In this document: positions 37,972 through 49,050 of the stretch, one piece after another
How positions within the stretch are numbered: position 1 is the stretch's first letter
Layout of the letters: every line of letters starts with the position of its first letter
From: a virus
Virus record (IMG/VR): IMGVR_UViG_3300025121_000776
Coordinates: 1-64,000 of that record
DNA: 64,000 nt
Reading direction: 5' to 3' (one strand)
Position numbers and translations under genes: made by a program
Notes under the pieces: model-generated
The model's database searches: none
What the model was told of the DNA's origin: nothing
The model's input: the letters and a program-made list of their open reading frames with translations, nothing else

Positions 37972-39315
37972 ATGCCAGGAATTGACAGTATATCAAAAAG
38001 CAGCTTACAAAAGAACGGAGTAGGAGATTATAGTGCAAATATTGGAAGCGATAGAGCAATTTATCCAGCTATAGTTGTTCCATATGGCACAAATGATAAT
38101 TCAGAACAAAATAGAATAAGGGCAAGAATTGTTGAAGTGGATGAAAATGGAAAAATAAAAGGAAAAACAGATTCAACTCCTAAAGCTGCAGATGGAATAG
38201 AAAACTATAACAATTATTCTGGCAAAGACAGAGGAATAAATGATGAAAATCTTGTTTTGTGTATTCCGCTTTTGCCAGAATTTTTTCACGTAAGGCCACA
38301 AGTCGGGGAAATGGTTTTTGTTATTTTAGAAAATCCCAAAGATACCGCTGGAGCAAGATATTGGATTGGCCCTATTATATCATCTAAACTTAAATTAGAG
38401 TCTCAATTATATGAAGATGCCGTTAAAATATTTAACAAAACGGATTTTATCTCAAATACTAAAACCAGTAGTTCTATTGAATTAACAAACCTTCTTCCTA
38501 GCGAATCTGACGTAGCATTGCAAGGTAGAAATGATGCGGATTTGATGCTTAAAAACAGAGAGCTATTACTTGTTTCTGGAAAATTTAATAATAGAAAAAG
38601 TGGAAATTTAACTATAAACACAGATTCTCCTTCTTTTCTAAGACTTAAACAATTTGATAATTTAAATATACAAACACCAATTCCTCCACCTTCTGTTATA
38701 ATTTATGGTATTAGCGCCGATGTAATGATAGACACAAATGGTTTATTTATAGGAACAATTGTCGTAACACATTTAACAAGTAACGGAGAATTAAAAAGAG
38801 AAACAAACTCTTATTCAAATAGAAAATTTATTATTGATTGGCTAAAAGAAAAAATTAAAGAGGCAAAAGAAAAATATAAAGGGTGGAAATTTTCTTCTAA
38901 TGCTGATGAATTTAAAACGGAACCAGCAAATGCTAACATAAAACCAACGCCTACTCCAACTACATCGCCACCAACAAGTAATCAGCAATTGTTACAAAAA
39001 TTTTCTCAAGCGACATTATTGTCAACCAATATTAACATTTATTCTCCGAGGGGGAAATTTAGAGGAAATGATTTAAAAAATTTTGAAAAAAATGCAGATT
39101 TAAAATCTTTTGGTGAATTTGCAGACACATTACATCCAGCTATTTTTGGAGACGAAGTAGTTAGATTGTTTGATATTATAATTAAACTGTTATTAACACA
39201 CATTCACACACCTCAAATGCCCCTTTTAACAACTGCATTAGCCGATGAGTTAAAAAAATACACAGTAGACGGATATCTACAGAATCTATTATCTTATCAT
39301 GTTAGAATTAATTAA
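37972..39315 (+). CDS. Baseplate hub/central spike (gp5/gpV-like OB-fold)
   Basis: RIRARI, PLLP..FHVRPQVGEMVFV...RYWIG OB-fold; DVALQGR; C-terminal THIH HxH motif. Confidence 0.7.
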   Translation: MPGIDSISKSSLQKNGVGDYSANIGSDRAIYPAIVVPYGTNDNSEQNRIRARIVEVDENGKIKGKTDSTPKAADGIENYNNYSGKDRGINDENLVLCIPLLPEFFHVRPQVGEMVFVILENPKDTAGARYWIGPIISSKLKLESQLYEDAVKIFNKTDFISNTKTSSSIELTNLLPSESDVALQGRNDADLMLKNRELLLVSGKFNNRKSGNLTINTDSPSFLRLKQFDNLNIQTPIPPPSVIIYGISADVMIDTNGLFIGTIVVTHLTSNGELKRETNSYSNRKFIIDWLKEKIKEAKEKYKGWKFSSNADEFKTEPANANIKPTPTPTTSPPTSNQQLLQKFSQATLLSTNINIYSPRGKFRGNDLKNFEKNADLKSFGEFADTLHPAIFGDEVVRLFDIIIKLLLTHIHTPQMPLLTTALADELKKYTVDGYLQNLLSYHVRIN

Positions 39316-40742
39316 AATGGTTTTATAACTCTAAAATCCAATCGCTCTGGCATAACTCTACTGGTACCCATTTCATTAATTTTAAAACTTATTTGATATG
39401 TTTGATTTTGTAAAAACCACGAAGCATCTATATCAAAATAATTCGTTTTACAATCATCTATAACAGCTTGATTAACTTCAGTCCACGGAATTATTTCATT
39501 TAGACTATTCATTATTATTCTATATTGTAATGAATATGATGTTGATGGCTTGTTTGTACTAAAATTCACTCTTAAATCACAGTAAACTCTTATTTTATCG
39601 TCTTGATGAAGAATTGCACCTTGTTCTAACCCATAAGGTTCAAGAACATATTCGTTTATAGTTGGTATATTAGATGTAAAATAATTGTTTTGTATCTGAA
39701 ATGTTTGTGAAATGTTTTGATTATCATAATTGCTAAAACTTACATTATTCCAAACATCTGTATATTTTTGTCCAGCAGTTGCTGCAGACATCCAAACATT
39801 TATATAATAAGTTCCTGTACACAATTGACTTGGAGTTAAACCAGAATATCCAGATACAATTGTGTTTCCTAATTTTATATCAACTGTAACAGCTGTCAGA
39901 TTTGCAATGTTTACAAAATTATGACCGCTAAAAGTATACAAAAATAGATTAGATGGTCTATTGTTGGCAACTTGTTTTCTATCATCTTGAATAACTTGAC
40001 TATAACCAACTTCAATGAATGGTTTAAATGCTGTGTTTGTTTTTTCTGTAAAAAAAGAAGAAATATATCTTGTATCTGTACTGAGTAATTCATAATCTGT
40101 TCTGTAAGCTATACCAAAACCATAATTTTCAGAACCACCACTTAACCAATTTCTCACTATATCTGTAACATCAAAATCTATATCTTCATTACCAAGGTCA
40201 AAGTGTTGAGTAGAATAAAACGTTACTGCAGTTGAGGCTGTGGGATTTGTAAACACACCTGGGTCATCCCAATCACTCGTAGATGTTGCTGATATCCAGT
40301 TGGAAACTCCAGAATACATTGGATTTCCATTTTGCTTAACGATATAATATTCTTGCATTAAATCATAGCCTCTACCTTCTTCCCAATCTTTGTTTATAGG
40401 GAAACAAATTAAATCAAAAGAAGTGGCAATTTTTTTTCTTAAAATATCATGCTCATATTCATCTTCAAGAATAGAATCTTTTGGAATTGAGTTTTCTAAT
40501 TTTAATTTATATGAAGTTATAAAAGATTCGTTTATTTCTTTTATGCTCATTTTTTGTTGTAGATTAGTTAAATCAAATTTAACTAAAAATCTACTTATTG
40601 AATTTCTTTTATCTGGTGCAGTATCAGTTCCTCCGCCACCATACCATAAATCTGTAACAGCATTTTGACCAGAGTTTAATGAACTAAAGCTGCTACTAGC
40701 AATTGTATTGCTTTTTGAAGGGTAAATTCTAAAAATTGACAT
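39312..40742 (-). CDS. Conserved phage structural protein (DNRLRE-like domain)
   Basis: IYPSKSNTI, SRFLVKFDL, WEEGRG, DIDFDVTDIVRNWL, SFFTEKTNT..P. Confidence 0.55.
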   Translation of the reverse strand: MSIFRIYPSKSNTIASSSFSSLNSGQNAVTDLWYGGGGTDTAPDKRNSISRFLVKFDLTNLQQKMSIKEINESFITSYKLKLENSIPKDSILEDEYEHDILRKKIATSFDLICFPINKDWEEGRGYDLMQEYYIVKQNGNPMYSGVSNWISATSTSDWDDPGVFTNPTASTAVTFYSTQHFDLGNEDIDFDVTDIVRNWLSGGSENYGFGIAYRTDYELLSTDTRYISSFFTEKTNTAFKPFIEVGYSQVIQDDRKQVANNRPSNLFLYTFSGHNFVNIANLTAVTVDIKLGNTIVSGYSGLTPSQLCTGTYYINVWMSAATAGQKYTDVWNNVSFSNYDNQNISQTFQIQNNYFTSNIPTINEYVLEPYGLEQGAILHQDDKIRVYCDLRVNFSTNKPSTSYSLQYRIIMNSLNEIIPWTEVNQAVIDDCKTNYFDIDASWFLQNQTYQISFKINEMGTSRVMPERLDFRVIKPF

Positions 40743-40755
40743 TTTGTTTTTTTAT

Positions 40756-40836
40756 TATAAATATCTTACTTTATTGTTTTTTTGGCATGCATAATAATAA
40801 ATATAAATGTTTATTTTTTTTTGGATAATATTTATA
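40756..40836. promoter_or_regulatory. Divergent pair of TATTTATA octamers
   Basis: Minus-strand copy 40756-40763 (13 nt before ATG 40742) and plus-strand copy 40829-40836 (19 nt before ATG 40856). Confidence 0.6.
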
Positions 40837-40855
40837 TTAAAATAACAATAAAGCT

Positions 40856-41236
40856 ATGGAATCACTAGGAATAAAATTCCCATTTACTGAAACATATGAC
40901 GGTGGAATAATAGGAGTCACGCAGACTGATATTCAAAAAACAAAATCTGATTTATTAGCGTTTCTTGTACTTAAAAGAGGACAAAGGCCTATGCACAATT
41001 CTTTATATTCCCCTATATATGATTATATAATGGAGGTTTGGGATGAGATGACTGAAACAAGTTTAAATGATGATTTGAGACAGAAACTCAATGATTTTTT
41101 TCCAGAAATAGAGGTTAATAATATTGCTTATAGCTTTGAAGAGGCAGAAAATCTCTTACATATAACTATTTATTATACAATTATTGACTTAAAAGTAAAA
41201 GATAATGTTTCTTTGGACTTAGTTCTTGAATCTTAA
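40856..41236 (+). CDS. Baseplate wedge subunit, gp25/GPW-like
   Basis: GIKFPF, KSDL..FL...GQRPM....S.I..Y..E, I..FFPEI.V. Confidence 0.8.
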   Translation: MESLGIKFPFTETYDGGIIGVTQTDIQKTKSDLLAFLVLKRGQRPMHNSLYSPIYDYIMEVWDEMTETSLNDDLRQKLNDFFPEIEVNNIAYSFEEAENLLHITIYYTIIDLKVKDNVSLDLVLES

Positions 41237-41249
41237 AAAAAAATAAAAA

Positions 41250-43151
41250 ATGGCAAATTTAAATTTAAACGCACAATTTTCTCAATCTGCAGTTGGAATC
41301 AAACAAGTAAATTACTTAAGTAGAGACTTTCAAACTATTAGAACAGATTTAATTAATTATTTAAAAGCTTTTTTTCCAGAGCAATGGCAAGATTTTAATG
41401 TTGCATCTCCAGGAATGGCACTTTTAGAACTTAATGCTTATGTTGGTGACTTATTGTCTTTTTCTATTGATAAAAAATATAACGAACTTTTCCTTGATGG
41501 AGTGCAACAAAGAAGTGCTGTTTATAGAATGGCAAAAACATTCGGATTTAAAGTTCCTGGAACAAGACCATCTCTTACGATTGTAGATATTACTATAGAG
41601 GTTCCTACAACTGCAAATGGTCCAGATTATAGTTATACTCCACTTCTTAGAGCTGGATTACAAATTAGAGGCGGGGGACAAACATTTGAAACAGTTTATG
41701 ATATAGATTTTGCAAACGATTTTAGTGAAGACGGAAGAACAAATAGAACAATACAACCCGTTCTTAATGGAAATCAAGACCTTATAAAATACAGAATTTT
41801 AAAAAGAGAAGTTGTAAAAGCTGGAGTTACAAAAATTTTAAAAATAGAAGTCGCATCTGGAGACCAAAAGCCTTTTATGCAATTTACATTGCCAGAAACA
41901 AATGTATTAGAAATAACAGATGTAATTATTGAATCTGGGGTTGGACTTAATAGAACTCCATCTTACGAAGATTTCCACGATTCAAGCAAAAGATATTGGG
42001 AAGTTGATTATTTAGCAACAGATAAAATTTTTGTAAATGATGACAATGAGATTACAACTAGTGGAATAAAAATTGGAAAATATTTGGAAATTTCAAAAAG
42101 ATTTATAAAAGAATTTATGTCAGATGGAAGTTGTAAATTAACTTTCGGAGGTGGGTCTGAAAATTATGATTCCTATTCAGATTATTTGCAAAACTTAACA
42201 AATACAAATGGGTGTACAACGATGACAGACCTTAATGTGTCTTCATTACTACTTAATCCATCACTTGGGGAAATGGTGCCAGGAAATTGTACAATATATA
42301 TAAAATATAGAATTGGCGGAGGAATATTAAGTAATATAGGGTCTAATGTTTTACAGTCTGTAAGCAATGTAAATGGTATAATTTTAGGCACTGATGCTTC
42401 ATTAAATCAAGCCGTATTATCTTCAATAAGAGCCAATAACCCAATTCCAGCAATCGGAGGAAGAGGACTTCCAACTGTAAGCGAAATTAAAAACTTCATA
42501 TCTTCAAATTTTGCATCGCAAGATAGATGTGTAACCTTAGAAGATTATATTTCAAGAGCATATCAAATCCCAGGAAAATTTGGCGCCCCATTTAGAGTTC
42601 ATGGCATTGTAGATGACAACAAAGTTATTTTATATATTTTAACAATGGATGCTAATGGAAAACTTAATGCTATTTCTACAGGAGAAATAAAAAGGAATTT
42701 GGTAACCTATATAATTCCATACAGAATGATTAATGATTTTGTAGAAATTAATGATGGAAAATTTATTAATCTTAGTGTTGAAGCTGATTTATTTATTGAT
42801 AAAACATATAACGCAAGTGAAGTAAAATTAAATGCTATACTTAAAATTAAAGAATTTTTTACAACAGATAATTGGCAAATGAACCAACATATTTACGTTT
42901 CACAATTAACAGATATTTTAAGAGAAGTGCCTGGTGTTATAAATGTAGTTGATGTGAGATTTTTTAATTTAGAGGGTGGTCCATACTCCACAGTATTGTG
43001 CTCTCAAGCAACAGGCGGAAGAACTCAAGATGTTAATTTAGGAGTTTATAGCACACAAATAGAATATGTTGATAATGCTATATACAGTACACCTCTTTCT
43101 ATGTTTGAAATTCGATATAGTGAAAAGGATATAAAAGTTCGTGCAAGTTAA
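41250..43151 (+). CDS. Baseplate wedge subunit (gp6 / baseplate J-like)
   Basis: YLSRDFQTIRTDL, DFN.ASPGMALLEL.AY.GD.LSF, YRIGGG..SN, SQDRCVTLEDY. Confidence 0.8.
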   Translation: MANLNLNAQFSQSAVGIKQVNYLSRDFQTIRTDLINYLKAFFPEQWQDFNVASPGMALLELNAYVGDLLSFSIDKKYNELFLDGVQQRSAVYRMAKTFGFKVPGTRPSLTIVDITIEVPTTANGPDYSYTPLLRAGLQIRGGGQTFETVYDIDFANDFSEDGRTNRTIQPVLNGNQDLIKYRILKREVVKAGVTKILKIEVASGDQKPFMQFTLPETNVLEITDVIIESGVGLNRTPSYEDFHDSSKRYWEVDYLATDKIFVNDDNEITTSGIKIGKYLEISKRFIKEFMSDGSCKLTFGGGSENYDSYSDYLQNLTNTNGCTTMTDLNVSSLLLNPSLGEMVPGNCTIYIKYRIGGGILSNIGSNVLQSVSNVNGIILGTDASLNQAVLSSIRANNPIPAIGGRGLPTVSEIKNFISSNFASQDRCVTLEDYISRAYQIPGKFGAPFRVHGIVDDNKVILYILTMDANGKLNAISTGEIKRNLVTYIIPYRMINDFVEINDGKFINLSVEADLFIDKTYNASEVKLNAILKIKEFFTTDNWQMNQHIYVSQLTDILREVPGVINVVDVRFFNLEGGPYSTVLCSQATGGRTQDVNLGVYSTQIEYVDNAIYSTPLSMFEIRYSEKDIKVRAS

Positions 43152-43171
43152 TGGTTATAATAAAATTGTAA

Positions 43172-46100
43172 ATGCAAGAAGAAATTTTAATAAATAAAAG
43201 CCGATTAGGCACAACTATTCATTTTTTTAATACGGATATTAATGAAAACAACTATTCTGTTTCCACAATACCCGCTATTGTTAAAATAAATAGCAATTTA
43301 GATGTGCCAATAGAATTAAATGCTTACGATGGCGTTTTTTTAACTGGAACTAATTCAACTGTTTTGTGGAAAAGAAATGCTGAGCAAAACTTTGAATTTG
43401 ACACCTTTTTGCCTAATTTAAATTACATCACTGGTAGAACTTTTTCACAAGTCTCTGAAATTGTATTATCTAATTCTAAAAAGGATTTAATGAGAAATAA
43501 ATTTATAAACTCAATGAATTCTCTTTTTACTGCAGGTACTACAACATATGTTTTCTTTGAAGATATAGAAATTGACGATTTGTTTGTAAATATTAAATTA
43601 GAAAGAACCTTTGACGTGCTTAATACATTGAACATTTATAATAAAGTTGACGGTGAACTTACTAAAAGAGAATCTCCTATAGGAGTTGTTTTTGGAAAAC
43701 TAGAAGCTATACAAAAGCTTTCAGATGCAAATGGAAATAAATTAAGAATTCCTTTAAGAAATGTTCCAATAGGAGTTTTTGTGCCATCAGACGATTACCC
43801 AGACCCAAACACAATGGATGATGATGGCAACAGATTAAGATTAAATTATAAAACTTTTCCTGTGACTAAATCCGAACAGTATTTTAACCCAGAATCTTTT
43901 GATATTGATAATAAATTTTTGATTGACATTCCTTTAAATGGGATTAGTCCTCACCCAACATTTCAAAATGTTGTGTATACTAATCAAAATGGAGAATTTA
44001 TTTTGCATGATGTTGAAATTGGGGGGCAGATTTTGTTTTTCGAAGTTGATTTATTAAAACAAGGTTTAACAAAGGATGAAGTTGCACTAAATTTCTTTCC
44101 ATATCCACCTTCTTTTGAAAATGTTTCTATTGATACAATTCCTCATTATTTTTATAGAGCAATTCCCATTGACGTTGTTCCAAGCTGGGGAGTATCTTTT
44201 CAAACTGGATACACTGAAGTTGATGTTGCTGTAAATTTGGACTTGAGAAAATGGACTACATATATTATTCCTCCAGTTACATATAATAATTTTCCAATAG
44301 ATTCTGCAGAATATCAAGAAATATCAAGAGCTCCTCTTACTGTAAAAATTAGAGATATGAGTAGATTCAATGCGTTAAATGCTGTTTCTACCGATATTAA
44401 TTTAAAATCAGAAACATATCCATCGAAACAAATTCAAATGGTGGAAATTGAAAATATAATTGACAAAAACGCTGACCAGCAATGGGAGTGGGCAAATGAA
44501 TTTTCTCAAATAAAAGATAAGGCATTATTTTACACATATGGATATCATGCTATAAAATTACCAGCTAATATTTATGATGATGAAAATTATAAAACCGATT
44601 TATCTGGAAATCCCAAAATAAATGAATATTCACAAGGAGTTTGGTTGTGTGGTTATCAACTTAAAGTATATTTAACCGCAGAAAACACATATTACAGAAC
44701 AACGGGGATGGAAGTTGGATACCATCAAGTTTCACCAAATCCTTGGTTTGATAGAGACCACTTTCATTGTTGTTTAAATGATAATATTAACGCTTATTCT
44801 AATAGTACCATTGATAATGGATTTGGAGTTATGGGAGTTGGAATTGGAACATTTCCATATGAAAAGGTTTGGTCAAAAAATTATCCAACAAAATATTCAA
44901 TCCCCAAAAAACCATTAATCGCAAATTTTACCAATCCATATACAGGAAGAACGTATATAGAAACTCCCGTGTGGAAAGATGGAGACTTAATACTTGGAAA
45001 TTCATATGAAGTCGCTAATGGGTTTGGACTAGGTTGGAACGATAATGTAATCCAATATACAGATTTTGCTACAGATGTTATAGGGGCAGCTGGAAATGCT
45101 GATATGTACAAATATGAGCCAGTAGGAAATGATATTGCTGGGTGTTATGTAAATGGATATACCCCAGATTTCGATTGGGCTGGACTTGGAGCTACATCAA
45201 ATGTCATAAATGCAGAAAAATATCAAAGAACAGAAGCTGGATATGGATATTTTTTATACCCATCAAGTTTACCAAGAATAATAACATATCCATGGTATTA
45301 CGATGGTCTTCATATTAACGAAACAGATTATGTACTTCACAATGGAAGTAATACAACACATGATGATGCTGTAAATTTAGGATATAATAATATTTCTGCA
45401 TGGGCTCATCACTATCATTCTTTTAGTGTATTAAACAAAGGAAAAAGTATAGCAATGGATTTAAGCAATAAATCTCTTCCAGACGACTTCCCAATAATTA
45501 ACGACAGACTTAATATATATAGAATAATTGATGGGAGACATAGATTGCCATACACTACAAAACAGAAAAGTATTTCAACTTATGCAAGGTTACATTTTGG
45601 GGGATATGCTAATAGATTTTTTTCATTAACAGTTACAAATTTAGGAGAGGGAAATGCATCCCTTAAAAACACTCTTAATTATGGAGGAGTCCCAATAAAG
45701 TTATTTAATCCAAATATGCCAGTAGAAACTCATTATTTTGGAAGCTCTTTTGTTTTAAAACCAAATGGGTATTTTAGTGTGTTTTATGGAGATAACACTA
45801 CTGGAATAGAATTAACTATGGCATTTACTGCAATGGATTTTCCTGGAAATAGCAACTACAGCGATATAGATAATCAATATACAAAAACAAAGTATTTAAT
45901 AGGTATAACCGCAAGTGAACCTCTTGATAGTACTATGTATACATTAGGAGGCCATATAGAAATACCTTGGAATGTACAAGCATTACAAAGTAATGCTATT
46001 CTAAATTGGATGGTTGTCTCAGACACCGAAGGTGGAGACAACGGAAGATTGTATGCTGGAGTTGCTGCGGGAACTGGTTGCCAAGGAGGCGATTGTAAGA

Positions 46101-46180
46101 TATCTACTATATCTATTATACAATATACTGACACCCCTGACCACCCGCTCAATAATAGTCCTTATTATATAAATGATTAA
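43172..46180 (+). CDS. Large probable virion/baseplate protein
   Basis: 1002 aa; TNQNGEFILHDVEIG prealbumin-like segment; structural context. Confidence 0.6.
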   Translation: MQEEILINKSRLGTTIHFFNTDINENNYSVSTIPAIVKINSNLDVPIELNAYDGVFLTGTNSTVLWKRNAEQNFEFDTFLPNLNYITGRTFSQVSEIVLSNSKKDLMRNKFINSMNSLFTAGTTTYVFFEDIEIDDLFVNIKLERTFDVLNTLNIYNKVDGELTKRESPIGVVFGKLEAIQKLSDANGNKLRIPLRNVPIGVFVPSDDYPDPNTMDDDGNRLRLNYKTFPVTKSEQYFNPESFDIDNKFLIDIPLNGISPHPTFQNVVYTNQNGEFILHDVEIGGQILFFEVDLLKQGLTKDEVALNFFPYPPSFENVSIDTIPHYFYRAIPIDVVPSWGVSFQTGYTEVDVAVNLDLRKWTTYIIPPVTYNNFPIDSAEYQEISRAPLTVKIRDMSRFNALNAVSTDINLKSETYPSKQIQMVEIENIIDKNADQQWEWANEFSQIKDKALFYTYGYHAIKLPANIYDDENYKTDLSGNPKINEYSQGVWLCGYQLKVYLTAENTYYRTTGMEVGYHQVSPNPWFDRDHFHCCLNDNINAYSNSTIDNGFGVMGVGIGTFPYEKVWSKNYPTKYSIPKKPLIANFTNPYTGRTYIETPVWKDGDLILGNSYEVANGFGLGWNDNVIQYTDFATDVIGAAGNADMYKYEPVGNDIAGCYVNGYTPDFDWAGLGATSNVINAEKYQRTEAGYGYFLYPSSLPRIITYPWYYDGLHINETDYVLHNGSNTTHDDAVNLGYNNISAWAHHYHSFSVLNKGKSIAMDLSNKSLPDDFPIINDRLNIYRIIDGRHRLPYTTKQKSISTYARLHFGGYANRFFSLTVTNLGEGNASLKNTLNYGGVPIKLFNPNMPVETHYFGSSFVLKPNGYFSVFYGDNTTGIELTMAFTAMDFPGNSNYSDIDNQYTKTKYLIGITASEPLDSTMYTLGGHIEIPWNVQALQSNAILNWMVVSDTEGGDNGRLYAGVAAGTGCQGGDCKISTISIIQYTDTPDHPLNNSPYYIND

Positions 46181-48167
46181 TAAAATGGACGAAAGAAAAA
46201 AAACATTATTAGGAAATAAAGACATATTATCAAGGAAAACACAAGACTTTTATGTTGATGTAAATCTTTCTATAGATAATAGGGAAATTATACCATATAA
46301 GTATGATAATATATTTGATTTAACAAAATTTTACAACAAAGAAAGAAATGAATGCAGAAGTTTTGTTATATATGGGATAATAGATTCTTATGTTTGTGAC
46401 TGTAATAATTTAACTATAAAAATATATGATAGCACATCACTATATTCAAACCTTTTGTCAACTGTACAAACTCAAGATATAGTATCAACTCAAATGCAAT
46501 TTCCAAATATTTATGGTAGACTTAAAGGAAAATATATAATTGATAATATTCCTGTAAACTATACTGGATATTCAGTATTTTTAAAACTTGAATCTACAGA
46601 TAGTTTTATAAATCAACAAATTCAAGACAATGTATTTGAACAGCAATTAATTTTTACAACCTTAACGATGAGTAGTTCTGGAGAAAAAGTAGTTGAAAAA
46701 CTTAATTATGGATTGAATGAGGCTGTTACAGATTGTGATGGAAATGTTTTTGAAATAAATAACGATTTTGATTTTTTTTATAATAAGCATTGGATTAAAA
46801 AGAATTTATCAGTTTCAAATTTAAATAGAATCTGGATTGGTAACGAAGAAACAAAATTTTGTGAAACGCAGCAGAATCCAATATATCATGGGAGAACTGT
46901 ATATGGTGTTTTTAATACTGGATATTTCGCATATGGAGAAGTAATGGAGGTTTACGAAATAAACACATCTTCAACAGGAAATTATGAGCCAAATACAGGA
47001 ACAACTCATTATATTCCCCATGTTCCAAGTAATGGATTGTGTCCAACAACTGATACATATAGTTTTACATTTGAACGTGTATTTTCTGCAGCAACTGGAA
47101 ATCTTATTTGGACAGCATCAATAATATGGCCATATGAAAATGCTGTTAATATTTTCCCTTTAAATCCAAACTCAAATGGGTATCCATATTATGAAACACA
47201 ACTTATGAAAACAGAACCAGTTTCTGGAATTAACATTTATAATAGTTACATTAATACTTATTGGGATTTTTTGTATTTCAGATATCAAAATGGTCAACAA
47301 TTTACTGGAGATACATTTAATTTTAATATAACGCAAAACACAATAATTGAGGGAGTTTATCAAGAAATTTGCCCATTATCTTTATATGTAAATCCTGTTT
47401 TTATAAACCCAAATTATTTTTCAGAACCAGCTGCGCCATATAGCTCTGTAACCTACAATCAAAACTCTGGGCAAAACCATGTTAATAAAAAAACGAAATT
47501 TTCTAATGGAGAACAGGTTCAAGTAATTATATCACAGCCTTATTATTATATAGATGATTTTAATATTACTGGGTCAAGTTTAGTTCAAAACAATTATACT
47601 CCTAGTAACTTTGCGTCTTTTATGATGATGATGACTGAGGATACTTATGTTGATTTATTTTATAAGAAATTTCTTACTCTTGATGTGGTTACTGCAACGA
47701 CTGTATCTAAAACACATTATGGGCACAATCAAGATTTAACAGGCACAGCCACAGGTGGATTGAAACTTGATATATTCACTCCAGTATTACCTTCAACCCA
47801 ACAATCAACCACTGGACAAGTAATGCTTCCATCGGGGTATACGATGTCTCCTCTTAATTTATTTGACCAATCACAAGTTTATATTTCGACACAATCAAAT
47901 TGGTGGCCACAAATAAACCCCAAGGTAGGAGAAATTTATACAGCAAAAACGCAATCGTGGGAAGGAGTTTTTGTACTTAATCAAGGAGGCGGGTCTACTT
48001 TCTATGATATTTATGAAGAAATGCCAGGAACATGGTTTTTTACTGGAACCACAGCAGGCGGGGCAACTATTATTCCTTCTTCTCCAAACTTATTGCATAT
48101 TTATGTTACAGGAAACACAGAGGCTATAATTACTTGGATTTTTACTCCAGCACCACACAATATATAA
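46173..48167 (+). CDS. Probable virion protein with T/S/G-rich C-terminal half
   Basis: 664 aa ORF in the structural module. Confidence 0.6.
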   Translation: MINKMDERKKTLLGNKDILSRKTQDFYVDVNLSIDNREIIPYKYDNIFDLTKFYNKERNECRSFVIYGIIDSYVCDCNNLTIKIYDSTSLYSNLLSTVQTQDIVSTQMQFPNIYGRLKGKYIIDNIPVNYTGYSVFLKLESTDSFINQQIQDNVFEQQLIFTTLTMSSSGEKVVEKLNYGLNEAVTDCDGNVFEINNDFDFFYNKHWIKKNLSVSNLNRIWIGNEETKFCETQQNPIYHGRTVYGVFNTGYFAYGEVMEVYEINTSSTGNYEPNTGTTHYIPHVPSNGLCPTTDTYSFTFERVFSAATGNLIWTASIIWPYENAVNIFPLNPNSNGYPYYETQLMKTEPVSGINIYNSYINTYWDFLYFRYQNGQQFTGDTFNFNITQNTIIEGVYQEICPLSLYVNPVFINPNYFSEPAAPYSSVTYNQNSGQNHVNKKTKFSNGEQVQVIISQPYYYIDDFNITGSSLVQNNYTPSNFASFMMMMTEDTYVDLFYKKFLTLDVVTATTVSKTHYGHNQDLTGTATGGLKLDIFTPVLPSTQQSTTGQVMLPSGYTMSPLNLFDQSQVYISTQSNWWPQINPKVGEIYTAKTQSWEGVFVLNQGGGSTFYDIYEEMPGTWFFTGTTAGGATIIPSSPNLLHIYVTGNTEAIITWIFTPAPHNI

Positions 48168-48178
48168 ATTGATAAATC

Positions 48179-49048
48179 ATGAATCTTAATAAATCATATA
48201 TAAAAAAGAAGTTATACTTAAAACCAGTATTAACCATGTCTTCAAAAGATAAGGACAATGCGTTCTATATTGATGTTTTGTTAACAAAAACATTTGAAAT
48301 AATAGATTACGTTGATACTAAAAAGAATGAGAAAATATATACAATAGAAAGACAACAAATAAATCCGTATTATATCAACTTTGGATTTTTTAATACCACC
48401 AACAGAATAAAAGCAAACAAAGGAAAAGATTTAAATTCAGATATGATAAATTATTTAAGAAAGACCTATTCTCAAGAATATATAGTTGATTCTTACCAAA
48501 TATTATATATTAGAAAATTATCTGAAACTTATACAAATAATAATCCAAATGACCCTCTTAACAATTATTTGCAATTTATTATTGATGTTCCTTCTCGAAA
48601 ATTAGACCTTCCATCTTTAAATGGGCAATTATTGAGAAAATTTAGGTTATCTGGAACATCATATTATGATGGAGTTTATATTTATGATTCTTATTTAAAA
48701 GACCCTGCCCCAGATAATACAATTTCTATACTTATGTGTAAGCCAGATAAACCATTGCAAGGCAATTCGTTTACATATAATAACTGGAATTATGTTGCGG
48801 TAGACCCTAATATAGCAACAATACAAATTATAAATGACAGATTAAATAGTACCACAGAAGAAGCACATTTTGATGACCCCAACTGGGATATTAAAACGTG
48901 GTTTAATGATGTTGGATACAATAAAATGCTTTTAAACAAAGATGTAACAACTGGTGATAATGAAATAGAAAAATTAGAAAAATTAAATCTTGACTCAAGC
49001 AGTATAGTATCTAAAGCTTATTTTTTTCCTATACCTATAAATAAATAA
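48179..49048 (+). CDS. Hypothetical protein
   Basis: 289 aa ORF in the structural module. Confidence 0.6.
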   Translation: MNLNKSYIKKKLYLKPVLTMSSKDKDNAFYIDVLLTKTFEIIDYVDTKKNEKIYTIERQQINPYYINFGFFNTTNRIKANKGKDLNSDMINYLRKTYSQEYIVDSYQILYIRKLSETYTNNNPNDPLNNYLQFIIDVPSRKLDLPSLNGQLLRKFRLSGTSYYDGVYIYDSYLKDPAPDNTISILMCKPDKPLQGNSFTYNNWNYVAVDPNIATIQIINDRLNSTTEEAHFDDPNWDIKTWFNDVGYNKMLLNKDVTTGDNEIEKLEKLNLDSSSIVSKAYFFPIPINK

Positions 49049-49050
49049 AG

